Below, piece by piece: positions 13,101 to 26,884 of a stretch of 64,000 nucleotides of DNA. Under the pieces are notes generated by a model. The model searched no databases. It was not told the origin of the DNA and worked only from the letters and a program-made list of their open reading frames with translations. The DNA is from Trichoplax adhaerens (Eukaryota > Animalia > Placozoa): the NCBI RefSeq assembly GCF_000150275.1, contig NW_002060945.1, positions 569,872-633,871 on the forward strand. Reading direction: 5' to 3'. The number at the start of each line of letters is the position of its first letter. The first letter of the stretch is position 1. Both the position numbers and the translations under genes were made by a program.

Positions 13101-16100
13101 GTAAAAAAATAATGGACCTGGCGCCGTACGTAAACAGTGAACGTCCATAGAACTAGTAATTGATAAATTAAAATATAAGTCAATATCATAGTTTTACAAA
13201 TTCATGGTATTTTTTACCACAAATCTTTGAATTAATCTATTAACATTGCAAACTACAGTAATTAAAATATAAGATCAGTTTACATAGAGCAATGTGTACA
13301 CTTATTTTACATCAGTTTACCATTATCTCCAGACATCTTTTCTTCAGGACCATATACCGAACATAAACTAATAATAGAAAACATCCATTGGTGAATCTCG
13401 ATTTAATAGTAACGAAAAAAGTAAAATACATTATTAACTAGAATTAGTATAATAATGGAATAATGCTAAATATTAAGAATTGAATAAATACAACGATTAT
13501 TAAATCAGTTCTTTCGTAATTAGGCCAAGGTGATCGGACAAAATTTACAGTGTGCTATAAAATTTTTCTATAGAACAGGATGCACAAGTTTACTAATAAA
13601 TGAACTTTCGAATTTGATAATAGTAAAAAATCGTAGCGGTAAGGTAAAGTTTAACATTTAAGACGAAAGCGAATGCTACTTATAAGTAATAATGTTTCTC
13701 TTAATTATTACAAAATATAAATCTAAATAATAACTTTAATACCTATTGAAGACTAAAGACTGTACGCGAAGTTTCTCTTTCTCTGGATTCTTATAAAATT
13801 CCATACCATTAGAAGTAAGAATGGCCCAGCTGCCCGTGATCAAAATTTATCAATGCCATATTTAGTTATAAAGAAGAAAATTTGACTACTAAATATTATT
13901 TGGATTAACATGAGTTAATGAATAATAAGTATTGAAACTTTACAAGGAGCAATGCTAATCAGTAAAATTGATTATACGCTACGATTAAAAAGCGATATTA
14001 TCACTAATTCAATACAGATAATTTACCATTTTTTCTTTGTTCCTTGGGTCGGATTTTCACGATATAACCAACCTACAATAGTACTCGTAATGTTATTTGG
14101 TTTTACCATATGATACTTTATCACAAACGTTTTGCTCACTAATCAATCCTTTAACTGGCCGCGCTTATAACCACGATAATAAATTATTTTTGCTAAGAAT
14201 TCAACTTAAATGTTTATCACATACCTTTACCCTCGGAACCAGAGCCAGTATGTTCTGTTTGATAGGATTCCTTTACCTTTTGTATATCTTGAATGATAGA
14301 ATAGTTTTTAAATCATTCATAAATTTGGTATTAGTTATAACAATTGTGCACTTAAGGCCATATCGAATAAAAATCAAATTATAAATATGCGCTGAAGAGT
14401 TAGCTCAGAGAATAACAATTAGGCTATTGAGGGCTCATATTAAGTAATACATTGATAATATTAGTTGAAGAATACAAATTCGTTCTGCAATAACAGTTTT
14501 CGACACCTACTTAATACCCATTCTTCCATTATCTGAGGAGTATCAGCAACAAAATTATAGATGCGTTCAGTTGTAATAATAGCAAAAGACCCAGGCCTAA
14601 TGAGACAGTTAGATTGTTGGAGAATTTTAATATTATATATAATTATAATTGTAGCATAATACAACCCTTGAATTGAATTTATAAACGTAGTACATAATTG
14701 CATACATCGTCTATAATTACTGAGAGCAACCAGCAATCGCCTATGTTATTAAATTTTCTTTTTTAACTTCAAATTTTGTATTCTTAATACTTAGAGTGAG
14801 TAATAGAATATATAGAATATGCTTAATTAATAACTTACTTTGAGGCAATACTATGAGGGTAAACCGAAGAGATTTCATCCATATCTAGAGCATCCTAGAT
14901 TAATTATAAGGTAGGTTATATGTATTTAACTCCCATTTTAACATTTATCTTAATTGTAAGTCGTCTATCACTCAAAATTTCTATCAGTTTCATTGTGTAG
15001 ATTCAACAAAACTATTACTATAACAAAATTATAGGCTAATTTTTATTCAAATAGTAATAATTTGCAATTTAATCCTGAACTTACAGGTATAAATTAAATT
15101 GATAATCTAAATTTTAATAAAAAGTATCACCTCATCCAGCAATACACTATTAATATGGTAAACAGTTCTAATGTAAGAAATTATTAAGTGTTAGTGGCCG
15201 TAGACTATTCTACTACAACCGCTAGAGACACAATTGCTTAATTAATGTAATATTACTAATAGCTTAAACTTCTATAATCAGTATAAGAAACCCTTTCAAT
15301 GCTAATTTTGCATCTTTATAAGATTTAAAAGCTATACAGAATTTAGCTAGGTCGTGATTAGTACCAGTGCAGATTTGAAGTAGGATGTTTCATCAGCGAC
15401 TTTCCTGACTTCACTGGCATCTGCTGCCATGACAGAATGTAAACTTGCTAACCATTGACTAAATATCGGGATATAACACATTGTAAGGATTAGAAATATA
15501 TTATAGTAGAGTCATAATGTAGATTCAACGAGAAATCTATTAAAAGTCAAACATTCCATTCTCCAGGTAATACCTGCAATCCTCATGGCTGTCGGCACTA
15601 AAGTAATGTGCTTTACTGCCTTTCGTTGTAACAATAAGCGAGTTATCACTTGTTGGATCTCTCTCAAGCTTTCTGTATTCATAATAATTAAAATGGATAT
15701 GCAATTTAAAATAGATTATCAATTAGTCAGCTTCAAATCTACAAAGTTTCCATTGCACATATCAAATAGTAGAATAAATTAGTCATTCGAATATAATGTT
15801 CAATTTCATTTCATTTAACTGCGATCTATCACAGATTTACGCTACCATTACGAATATAAAGTTAATAGCCCTCAAAAATCAACGACTTAATCCATATACA
15901 TTGACATAAGCATAAAACCAGATTCACTCTAAACTATCACTTAGTAGTCTAGCTGCCTTATCTGATATTTAATTGCAATCTAGCCTAAACCTACGCTATC
16001 ACTACGAATAAGAACTGATATTACTGTTTTGTATAGCTTTAATTTCGACTCACTCAACTATGATATTGCGTAAACTTACGCTATCACTACACATATAAAG

Positions 16101-19100
16101 CTTGTAATTTTTAAAAAGCGAACCACTTCATATGTAATGATCCATTTACAAAAATGGATTCAATCTAAATCACCATTTAGCGATACAACTATATTAAACG
16201 TTTAGTTTTGTTCCACATAATTACAGTAACGGTAAATCTGCGCTACCCCTATAAATACAAAGTCTATAGTTTATAGAAATTAATAACTTAATCTACATAT
16301 AATGCTAAGTTCATCAAATTAGATTTAACTGAAATTATGACTTAATGATACAAACCCCTTACTTCATTATTTAATAAAAATACCAACACTAGCACTTACG
16401 TAATAGACTTGATTTCAATCTTGCCAACAGTTCGAGCTCCATCCTGATCCGATTCTTTGTACTTGAGAACATTATCTTTTAAGACAAACCATCGACTCCT
16501 AGGTTGCTTCCTACATTAGTAGGAAAAAATTGTAGAACATTAAGAGTTCACTTATCTAAGAAGTGATAATAACCGTAGAGAATTTTACGAAATATGGAAC
16601 TAACTTAGAAACCGTAGCTGCAGGCCCATTACGGATAGTTAACCAGCCACTTTTCAATACAGTCTAAAAGGAAATATTAATACGATTTGTAATAAAGTCT
16701 TCTCAAGTTCTGAAGCTCAATGGCAAAAGTTATTTATGTATTTGATTTTAACATCAAGCATCATTGAGCATCAGAATTAAATTATATATAGGATAACGAC
16801 CGTTCCTCTTCTTAAAATTGTAAGCGATAATCGTTTTATAAACAAATATAATTCATGGCAGCTTATCATATAAAGATGGAAGCATAATCAAATGTTAAGC
16901 TCAAGCACTCATGTCCCTGACTATAAGGCATTTATAATGATTTACTGAGCTGCTATACAGTGATGATGTTAATTTACTAATCATTCTTTATTTTCAAAAG
17001 CATAACCTGTTTACTTCGAAACCACATCAAATTGTCTGAAGTTAATACACCCCACCTTCTTTTCCAATTATTCATCATACCAGCTAGTAGAGCGAAAGAA
17101 GTAGGATGAATTAGAAAAAAAGAGCATTGTCTTGTAAATCAAGCCTTAATTTTGCTTGCAGGGTACCCTACCTTTCATGGATAAATAGCCTTCATAACCT
17201 AAATATTCGCTAACAGATTCTTTAATGCTGATTTCATCATATTCCGATTCTTCTTCGTCACTTAGCTCTTCCGACTAGATAAGAATAAGTTAATTATAAA
17301 TGAGGATAATATAAGAAGTCTACTGTATTCTTTATAATTATTCTATTTAGTAATATTCATAATATGATCGACTTGATATTGGTAGGTAGTAAATTTTTTT
17401 GAGCTATGTGAACTCATTTCAGATCAACCTGATGCTAATACGCATACCTCAAATCTATCTGAAATAGAAGAGTATAAATCTCCGTCTCCCTGTAGGATAC
17501 TTTCTAATGTCAATTCTTTCTTTAGCTCCTGCTTTTTACGTCTAACAGAAGTGGATATTTTGAGCGATAAAATTTATCTTTCATATGCTCTTTATCTTAA
17601 AATTAATTCTATTCAACAATATAATTCTGCATATATACTTCATATTCCACATCAATAAATCCAGATATTTGATGACCATCACATTTATGATTAGTATAAC
17701 TAACTACATGACTGATTAGCTTAAAATAGCCCCTTCCTAGCCGAAAGATCGCTAGTCGGTCAGATATTATAAGTAATATCCAATTAATCTTGAGCTAATT
17801 TTACATTTGTATAAGCACATTTCATTTTCTAACGTACAATCCACATTTGCGATAACCAATTTTAGTAATGTATGAACTCATTTGCTGCTACTATAATCGT
17901 TTTTCTTGGTACTTAATCTCGAGATTGAATAAGCGTATGCTTAAGCACTTACTCCTCTTCTTCTGCAAGCTGCCTTTCCTTTTCCTCCTGCTTTTTCCGT
18001 TCAGCTTCTTCAATCTATTATAAATTAATAGTTATATAATTAAAACTATATATTGATATTGCTGTTGTTGTGTTTTGTGTTAGACTAAATGAGGATCAAT
18101 TGGAAACCATTCACTTAAGCAAGACCTTAATTCATGTTTAATTTATTAATTTTCAAAAAACTTGGTATTCCTATACACATTTTTATTCAATAACAGAATA
18201 AAATTGTTTCATACTTTCTTTTTAGCTAGCATTTCAGCTTTCCTAGCTTCTTCTCTCTCCTTAATACGTTGGAGTTCCATCATAATTTCCTCTTCTAGTC
18301 TTTGACGTTCCCTTTCTTCTTGTTCTTTCTTTAACCTTTCCTCTTCTTCCATCTAATAAATATATAAGAATAAGAAACTCTATCTTAGTCTTGCTATGAA
18401 ATTCCGAGAAATCGCTTATGCTGTTATCAATTACTACTTTATAACAATCTCGAAATAACAAGCTATAATAAGAAACTTAGGTTTCATATTAATTAAAAAT
18501 AGTAAATGCAGTAGCCATATTAGTATTTGGAGACATAATTTAGTGCAGCATAAGTTAAAATTACCTTTTGCTTCAATTCTTCAAACTCCTTTAACATTTT
18601 TTCTTGTTCTAGCCTTTCTAGTTCTCTAATTTAGTTAATGCGGAAATACAAATAATTAAGAATTAATACGTTTAGCTATGATATTTGACTAAAACGTCAT
18701 CGTTTCACAATATACAAATAAAATATGTTAATAATATTCTTAATCAGGTCTAACCATACATATCAGTATGACATCACAGCCAATCTATACTATCAGAACT
18801 ACTGATAAGCATTTATCTTCATATTACTCATACTTGATATATATCTTACTTTCTTTTTCTTTCTGCAGCTAATCGTTCTTCTTCACGCTTTTTCTCCTCT
18901 TCCAATTTTTTGATATAGAGCAACTCTTGAAATACAAGCCGGGCTTTTCTGCCTTTCTCATACTGCAGGAAGTAGCAAAAAATGTAGTCAGGGGTAAGAA
19001 AAATGAATTTTTTAATTGTTATTTCAAATGATAATAAAATAAAAAAAGGAATACGCAGACTTTATATACAAAATCTCGCAATCAATTTTTTAAAATAGTT

Positions 19101-22100
19101 TCCTTACCTACTATTCTGGAGAAGGGTTAATACATCGCTACGAAAGGTATCTCTACTCTTTTCTAAAAACTTCTCAATGTCATAAAATATCTACACAGAG
19201 TGGAGTATCCCTTTTAGCTACTTTGAAAATCGACTTTATCTTACTTAATTGCACAATAAAATCAGCAAAATCTAGGTTTTACTCTGATCTTAATAATTTC
19301 TATCAGCTGCAGATGAATAAATGCTTTCGACTAAGAACTATCGGTATTTTTATACCGCCTGAGAATGATATCTGGTTTAACATTGATATGGATAATTCTT
19401 CACATATATCAAGGAATTATTAATAGAAAAAATTCGTGTTTTGAATATAGAAGTGTTTCGGTAGCTACGATCCCATATGTAATTAAGTGTTTGTGGTTAG
19501 ACTTGAAAACAGGCTGTTTGCATAAACTATAATTATACATTGAACTAGAACGGTTACGGAAACTACTTCAAGAATCGGTATTAGAAATTTTAAATAATTG
19601 CTGATTACTAGGCTGAGCTATCGTTTTGTTTTCTAATTGTATCAATAAACTGTAAATACTGTATTCATTCAAGCTGTCGTTCAAAATAACCTTGAGCAAG
19701 AGTTAATACATGTTACTTACATCTCCTGCATAATGCTTCACTCCAAACTTGGCTTGATTGACCTTGGGTTTGATGAAATAGCGATTTCCCTACAGTAGAA
19801 AAAGGTGTCATAGAGATAAAATTTCAATCAATTGTATCATATCTACATTCGCCTGGAAAAAAACATGAGCTATGGATCAATTATTTACAGAATGAGTAGA
19901 ATAAAGTTTGCTTAGCAGTGTTTCATCAGTTCCTTTGGGGAAACGACTTTCCTCATCAATTAAGGCAATGATTCCCATTTTCTAGATGCGTATAGCAGTA
20001 TTATAATACTTTTATGTGGGGAAACGTAGATCTTTAAATACGATTATTAGTTAAATTATACTGCACGTTCTATCGATTCATCAAGGATACTTATTTAGTG
20101 CTACTAACGAAAATTACGCTTAGAAGCTTAATTTATCAAATAATTATAAAGTGAAATTCTAACTCTTTCAATCAAATCCAAACATTCGCTATTGTCAATC
20201 CAGTTGATATCTGACCATTCAATACCTTCCCTAATAAATAATAAAATAGATATTTATTAGTCATTGAAGTAGGACCTTTAAATTTTCTTTATATTGCCAT
20301 TAGTAAACTATTTGTCAATCCTTACCGATTGTATTCATACTGTTCAAGGGAAAAGATATGCTTGTTGAAAAAACTCTGTAATTTTTCGTTTGCATAGTTT
20401 ATATTGAATTGTTCGAATCGATTCACCTAAACGTAGTTATATTGAAAACTTAGTGAATAAAGTTCATGTAAGATTACACGTTTTAAAAAACCCTCTAAAA
20501 GAAAGCATAGATGTATTATACTTATACTTTAAAATTATTATAGCTTAATTGAAAATTACTTTATCATATATTTATAAGAAAAATTATGTAAGCAAAGTTC
20601 ATGTTAGATAAGGTGTTTTAAAAATCTATTAAAAGAAAGTATAGATATGTATTGCGTATATTTTAAAATTGCTGTAACTTAATTAAAAATAACTTTATTT
20701 CATCAATATTGAAAATTAAGCGAGTTAAGTTAAGTTAGATACGCGACTTAAAAATCTATAGAAAGAATATATATATTTTAAAGCTGTTGTACTCTAATTG
20801 AAAATAACTGTATGACATCAGAAAGGATATCTTACTTTAAAATTTTCAAAGCCAAAGATGTCCAGTACACCGATAGATTTATGATCACCTTCAGAGACTA
20901 TTCTAGAATTAATTCGCGAGATGATATAACGAAAGCAGTGCCGATAGATCGACATTGCCATAGAATCTCTAGAATCTTCAGCCTAATTAAACAGTTTAAT
21001 CTATATTAAACTACTTTCGTATACGAATTTCGAATAATTTCCATTAAATGGCCAAATAAATTTCGCAGAGAAATCAATATAATATACATTCTCAATTCAT
21101 TTAAGTAACGGTACGTTATATAGATATAAATTCAGTACAAGAATTAGACTCCAAGACAGTTTCATTTTATCAGAAAAAACAAATGGATTGGCCGAAGTAA
21201 GGGAGCTTACTTGTTGAACATCAAGTGGGGTAGAAATTTGTTCACCACGTAGATACATTTGTTTTTGAGTTAAAGCAATCGTAAATTCATAAGGATCTAA
21301 TCCCAGCAATTCTGCCACTTGCCATACCACTACACGAAGTAAAATAATTAATCATTGGATTATGCCGTATTACAGTAATACATTTACAAATAATACAATT
21401 AGAAATAATAAAATATACTAGTTGATCTAAAAGACGAATAGGTTAATTTTTATACCAGATTCATCTTCAATTTGAGCACCACCAGAGGTCATAAATGTTG
21501 TATTGCCAATGAGTAAAATACCAGCAAGAAGTTGTAAAATATCATTGATTTCATCTTCCTTGAAAGACATTACCTGCATTGCTGACTATATGACATAAAG
21601 AATTAATTTTTGATATTATTCCGTACTTATATTTACCACTATTTTTCTTGACATTATTAAAAAGCAATGCATTACTTATAAATGTTGGAAAATAAATACT
21701 GCCATTGCTTTTTACGTATATTTGCAAATCCACTATATGAATGGCGTTTCATAAAAATATCTAATGACTCATTTGCGTATTGGTGCATCAGGTGTTCTTT
21801 ATGGAAATACTCTGCTCATTAGCTATTTTTCCCTCTTTCATGTAATAAATACCCTTTATACGCGTTTACTTACCATAACATCCTTGTAGCTTTCTAAATC
21901 ATCAATTGTGTCATCTTTAATACAACCGCTCTGATTTAAATAATGAAATTGTGACGCATCTTTCAAATGGAGAGCCTCTGTAATAGATTTTCATTAAACA
22001 TCAAATTAGCTTTGTTTTACGCCACAAAATACGAAGAACTCTTACTTTAATTGATAAAAATGATACTTCTGTCTTGCCGCATTTACTGCAATATTTACAG

Positions 22101-25100
22101 TATAATTAGCTAATCCTGCCAAATATGTGTCACCTACGTTTTTCGTCATCATTTAAACCGGCAAGTAAATTGTAAAAGATGTGGTAGTTCCTCTCTCCAG
22201 CATTTTGTCTAACAATACGGTTCTGTTAAACAAGAATAATGAAAAGTAAGCAAAGATAGAATGTATTAGTATCTCCTATAATAAAATGTAGCGTTTTTAC
22301 ACTTTTAATTATAAATATTTTAATTGCAAATCTGCCGACAATAGTGCTATAATTTTACCTTCTCTAACAAATCTGCAGATTGTCATGATTTTTTTAAAGA
22401 TTAAGGGACATAATGGCAATAATTATAAATAGATAATGTACAATTATCCTTTACTGGTAAAGCTATACATTGGCCTATGATGATAAATTACATTTTCTTA
22501 TCCTAATCTGAACTACGATTGAAATAACTAAAGCCAGCATAGTCTGTATGAATACCGAAACATTTCAATGATTTTATTATAGCAGAATGAGTAGGATACA
22601 ATCAGTAATTTTTCCACCAACAATACTCCCAGATTCATCAAAATTAATGAGGATAAATTTTCCAAAACGGCTACTATTGTTGTTATGGACTGTTTTAGCG
22701 TTGCCAAAAGCTTCTAGGATGGGACTAAATAAGATAATTCATGCTATTAGCTTAGTTTACTCATGTGATAACGATTTGATTCCATTGAACTATATCGAAT
22801 TGCTAATATACCACAAAATTAATAGATTTCAAAAATTACTTTATAGCTATGCTTATCCTTCACTACTTATAATGGAGACGATGACGATTGTAACAACTAC
22901 AAGATGCATTAATGTTATGATAAAAGAAGAAATCTTTTTTAGCTAACCTGCTTTCCACTAATACCCGTTCCACTTTGCCTTTTGTTAAGGACGAATCGCC
23001 CTGAATTTTATGGCTGATGGAGGTCAAATAGTTAAGGATATGCTTTGTCGTCTCGGTTTTACCAGCTCCTGATTCTCCACTTAAAATAGGCATTCAAAAT
23101 AATCAAACTGATACACTTGCATCATGAACTACTGGAGCTATGCTGCATAAATTTGTTAGTGCTTAAACGCCCTTAATCAATGATGTCATGATCTGTATCA
23201 TTCTACCATATTCCATAACTGAATAAGCTAATATTGCCGGAATTCGCTACGTGTCTAGTTTTTGTTTCTGAACTAATTTAAATTTACGGTATGGATTAAT
23301 TGAATCGAATGTATAATATAATACAAACTGAACTACTTCTATCTGTCATAAAACTCGTTCGATTATAAATTTGTTGGTGCCTAAACGTCCTTTAATTAAT
23401 TGCGATGTCATTCTTTATAATTATACATATTCTGCAACTAAATAAGTCAACATTATTATATTTTCCATGTATTTAGTTCATTTTATAAACTAATTTTAAG
23501 TTTTTAACATTGCTTGACTGAATTAAAAGTATAGTATGGTACTAAATAAACCACTCGTACTTCTATGAAGGATAAAACTTACTCTACTATCATTATTTGA
23601 ACTAGCTTTTACTGTGGCCTTTTCAAATAAACAGGATTAAAATAACGTTGGGGAAATGAGTCATTTCTTGATTTAGAAAGAAGAACACAAGAAAAAAGAA
23701 TGCTACATTACCTTACAATAGCGCATTGAGAGCGCCTATTTTCTATAAGGCAGCAGTACATTTCATTAGCAACTGCAAAAACATGAGGTGGTAAATCGCT
23801 TAGCCTCATTTTTTGGTATAAACCGATCAGATCGGATGCATAAAGGCCAGGAATAGATTTATAAGGATTGACTGAAACAAGGATTGAACCTACGTATGTC
23901 TATTATATAAAGGAAAATATTCAGTTTTACGATTTATGTAAGCTTCAAAACAGATATACTACTGCAATAGAAGAAGTTTATTTTTAATGGTACTAAAATT
24001 GGGAATGTTGTAGCCGTAGACTCAATAGTATCACTAGCATGGTAGTTCATAGGTGAATTACTACGGAAAAATGAAAAAGATCGCTTCCTTTTGCCATCAT
24101 CCAACTAGCTTAAAACTCATTTCTAATGAAGTGAAATAGCCGTAGATTCAACAGTAAACGCGTATAGCTGAATTACTACGGTAAAGATAAAGATCGTTTC
24201 CTTTTATCGCTATCCAACTAGTTTAAAACTCATTTTCTAATAAAATTAATATGTAATTAATTTATACGGTGTAAGCAGGCAGTATTCCATATTAAACTAT
24301 TGGATGGAGTTACAATCTTAAAGAAAACATTCTTTATTCTCTCTTCCTTACGTAGATGTGATTCGATATATATCGAATCTTTAAATTATAAAGAATTGAG
24401 GCTTCATGGAGATCCCCTAAGGTAGCCATATCATCGACGCCATCAACGCTACTACTATGCATTTGGGTGAGTTTATTTCGGTTGCAATCTACTACTGCTT
24501 CGGTGATAACCTAGTAAAAAATAAAATTTCACAGTGTTAAGACGCGTTCTCCTCTGAAATAGATTGAGAATGATGGATGAATATATTATAGCAATAACTT
24601 TACTGTATTTAACCTACACAGTCGTAACTTTGTAAAATATTATTGAAAGTGAATATAAGTTAACGTGTAGCTGGAATAAATGCATAGGTTAACGAGACTT
24701 GAGACTGACATTTCATCCATCTCCTACCGGGGATCGTAGGAGATGGAAATTAAAATGCAAATAAAGCCATGGATGGATTGATTTTTTATACGTGCGAGAT
24801 AGTATGATTCCAATGAATCATTCAACGCAATGTAGTTCTCAACAGTTTATAGCTATACCTGTACATATATATACCTGTATATACTGTCGTAGATATATAA
24901 TATACCTAAATATATATATATATGTATATGTTTGCGTATATCATTTAAGCACGATAGAATATTTCTCTATATTCTATCATTTTTATGCTATAATGCCGAA
25001 ATAGGCGAATATGGATATCTGTTTGAATTAGTAAAAGCGCGTAAACTGCTTGAGTGATTTTATAATCTATTTTAGAAGATTTACCTCGCCATAGCTGGTT

Positions 25101-25183
25101 TCGAGTGTTATCATCCCACCGGCTACTTGTGTTACTGTTGCTGGCAGCCATTTTTGACCACTAAAGACCCATACATGGGCACC
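7162..25183 (-). CDS. MYO10: Unconventional myosin-X (motor, partial IQ, SAH, PH domains, MyTH4, FERM), many exons; start exon not located; internal segment missing
   Basis: Exon 25085-25183 [17 protein letters not shown]...TSYGE (MYO10 N-terminus). Motor motifs [16 protein letters not shown] (~23055-23080), [28 protein letters not shown]-rich SAH exons at 17950-18962. Split PH1/PH2 ([23 protein letters not shown]). MyTH4 ([21 protein letters not shown]) and FERM. Last exon [23 protein letters not shown], stop at 7162-7164. Confidence 0.93.
11577..11866. repeat. Degenerate tandem repeat, ~100-nt unit x3, in a MYO10 intron
   Basis: tgttgattttaattgctatacgacatc (or a near copy) recurs at ~11640, ~11738 and ~11839, with shared flanks. 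Confidence 0.85.
15835..16340. repeat. Degenerate intronic tandem repeats in MYO10
   Basis: A tacgcta(t/c)cactac..atataaag-like motif recurs at ~15838, 15992, 16077 and 16238. Confidence 0.6.
20460..20810. repeat. Degenerate ~130-nt tandem triplication in a MYO10 intron
   Basis: Near-copies of tttaaaatt..t.ta.cttaatt.aaaat.actttat at ~20528, ~20661 and ~20777. Confidence 0.65.
22373..22599 (-). other. U12-type (minor spliceosome) GT-AG intron in MYO10
   Basis: The 5' site reads GTATCCTAC (U12 consensus RTATCCTT). A branch-like TCCCTTAAT at 22400-22408 lies ~28 nt from the CAG. The intron splits the Tyr codon of D-Y-LLEK and is followed by the 14-nt exon at 22359-22372. Confidence 0.75.
23148..23560. 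repeat. Diverged ~220-nt tandem duplication in a MYO10 intron
   Basis: ataaatttgtt(a/g)gtgc(t/c)taaacg at ~23147 and ~23365, with colinear downstream similarity. Confidence 0.7.
24010..24240. repeat. ~125-nt tandem duplication in a MYO10 intron
   Basis: tagccgtaga.tcaa.agta...tgaattactacgg...aagatcg.ttccttt...atccaactag.ttaaaactcattt occurs twice. Confidence 0.8.
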
Positions 25184-26884
25184 CTAAAGTCAAGGGATAA
25201 AGATTATATTCAACGTAGTTCAAGCGTGGTTCTTATTTCTAGCTAATCTTGGACAATATCTATTATAGCCATGCCAACTATCATGTACTTCTCGTTGCAG
25301 AATATAACATGTTGCAAGATTCTATCAAGAACTGCCAAAGGTGCATTCAGTAAAAGGTTAATTATCAACAAGTTAATCACGACAAGTTAATTTTAAATCA
25401 ATCCTACGTCGCAGTTATCGGTCGATTATTAAAAGAGAACTGCATCAAATCTCACTTCTAGGTAGGATGGTGACCATTTCGTTAACGCGGATCGTAATAT
25501 AGTGCAATTAAATTAATTTAGGAAAAATCATGATCGTATACTTTAACAGTGAATGGTCATACGAGTAGAACAATTTCTATATTGGATACTTAACGAATTG
25601 TCATTGAGTTAAAAAGGAACAAGATTTTACTAAATAATTTTATTTTATACCAATCGAAAAAATGAATACCGTCAAACATGAATACATAAATGGCGAATCC
25701 GTTTACTATTGAGATAGTTAAAGATAGTACAAACTTGTGTCATTTGCGTGTCCATTTTGCTTGATATCAAAGGATAGTAAATAACTTTCTAAATTAAGAC
25801 TGCATTCATCATAGTAAAAATAACATCTACTTTATAACAATTCTGTCAGTATATAGCGATATCCGCATGCATTTATTCGACGCAGACCTTGTTGCATAGT
25901 CTGTGTATGCAGGCTAACACCCTAAGAGCGATATTGTAAGCAATTGTACAAAGTACACTTTCAAAAAATTTTGGAATTAATTAAACCATTGCAGCCAGTT
26001 GGAATTGTCCTTATGATGAACGCTTGGCTAGAATGTTTATTTATTTTGATTACTATTTATTCCCTGAATTTATTGTGGCTTTTTGAAATTTACATGTTGC
26101 GATTTTTTTTCCTTTGACTCATAGCTAATATCAGTCGGCGGTTACAGCGTTTCTTATGACGGTAGTTGTCGTATGTATGTTTTAATAGGGACTGGCCAAG
26201 TTGAAGCCTGCCAGTCATGGTTGACTATCTATACTTGAGTCATTTTGGTTATGATCGGTCCTCTATCGCTGGCTGCCCAATCCAAGTATGGAAATCTAAA
26301 CGTCTAAACCTTGGAAATGAAGGGGGAAAAAATATTTCCTTTAACCTCTATACGTTATGCACTGATCAGCCTATCATACTGTATAGTTCAATAGAGAGGG
26401 GAAAATGCAATTTTCTTCCTTTTTTACCTTTATGGTGACAACAAGAACTACTGAAAGATATACTGTAAGCCAATATTACAGAGGTTTTCAAAGTCCGCCA
26501 TACAGACTCGTGTACACTGTACAGTAGCATTTTTGCCATGATTTATCCACTCGGTCATGAAATAGATTTTGAATCCCTCAGATTTGCCATCTACGAACTT
26601 CCAATTTGAGATGTTCAGATAGCGCAAATTCCTAATATGTCACTCAACGCATATTAATACTGGTCATAGTACAAGTAGACAGATTTCATCGTATCAGTCA
26701 GTATCTGCAATTACTTTATTAAGCTCAAACCGACATTCTACGTTCCCACGGTGCTTAACCAAGTAATTACGAGTATAGTCAAAAATTCAATTCTCGAAAA
26801 AATTGACCTTGTTTTCCTTTTGTCATATAATGGCAGACTGTAGTCAATTTCAGGTGGCACTGAATAATTATTATAATCTAAGCT

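Noticed and set aside
19245-19272. Mini-exon-like DFADFIVQL resembling the start of the missing motor segment
   Set aside because: It lies upstream of the LLQNS exon in transcript order and is too short to be significant.
24945-25151. [15 protein letters not shown] as the MYO10 N-terminus
   Set aside because: Wrong frame; the MYO10-like reading of this exon is GAHVWVFSG...TSYGE.
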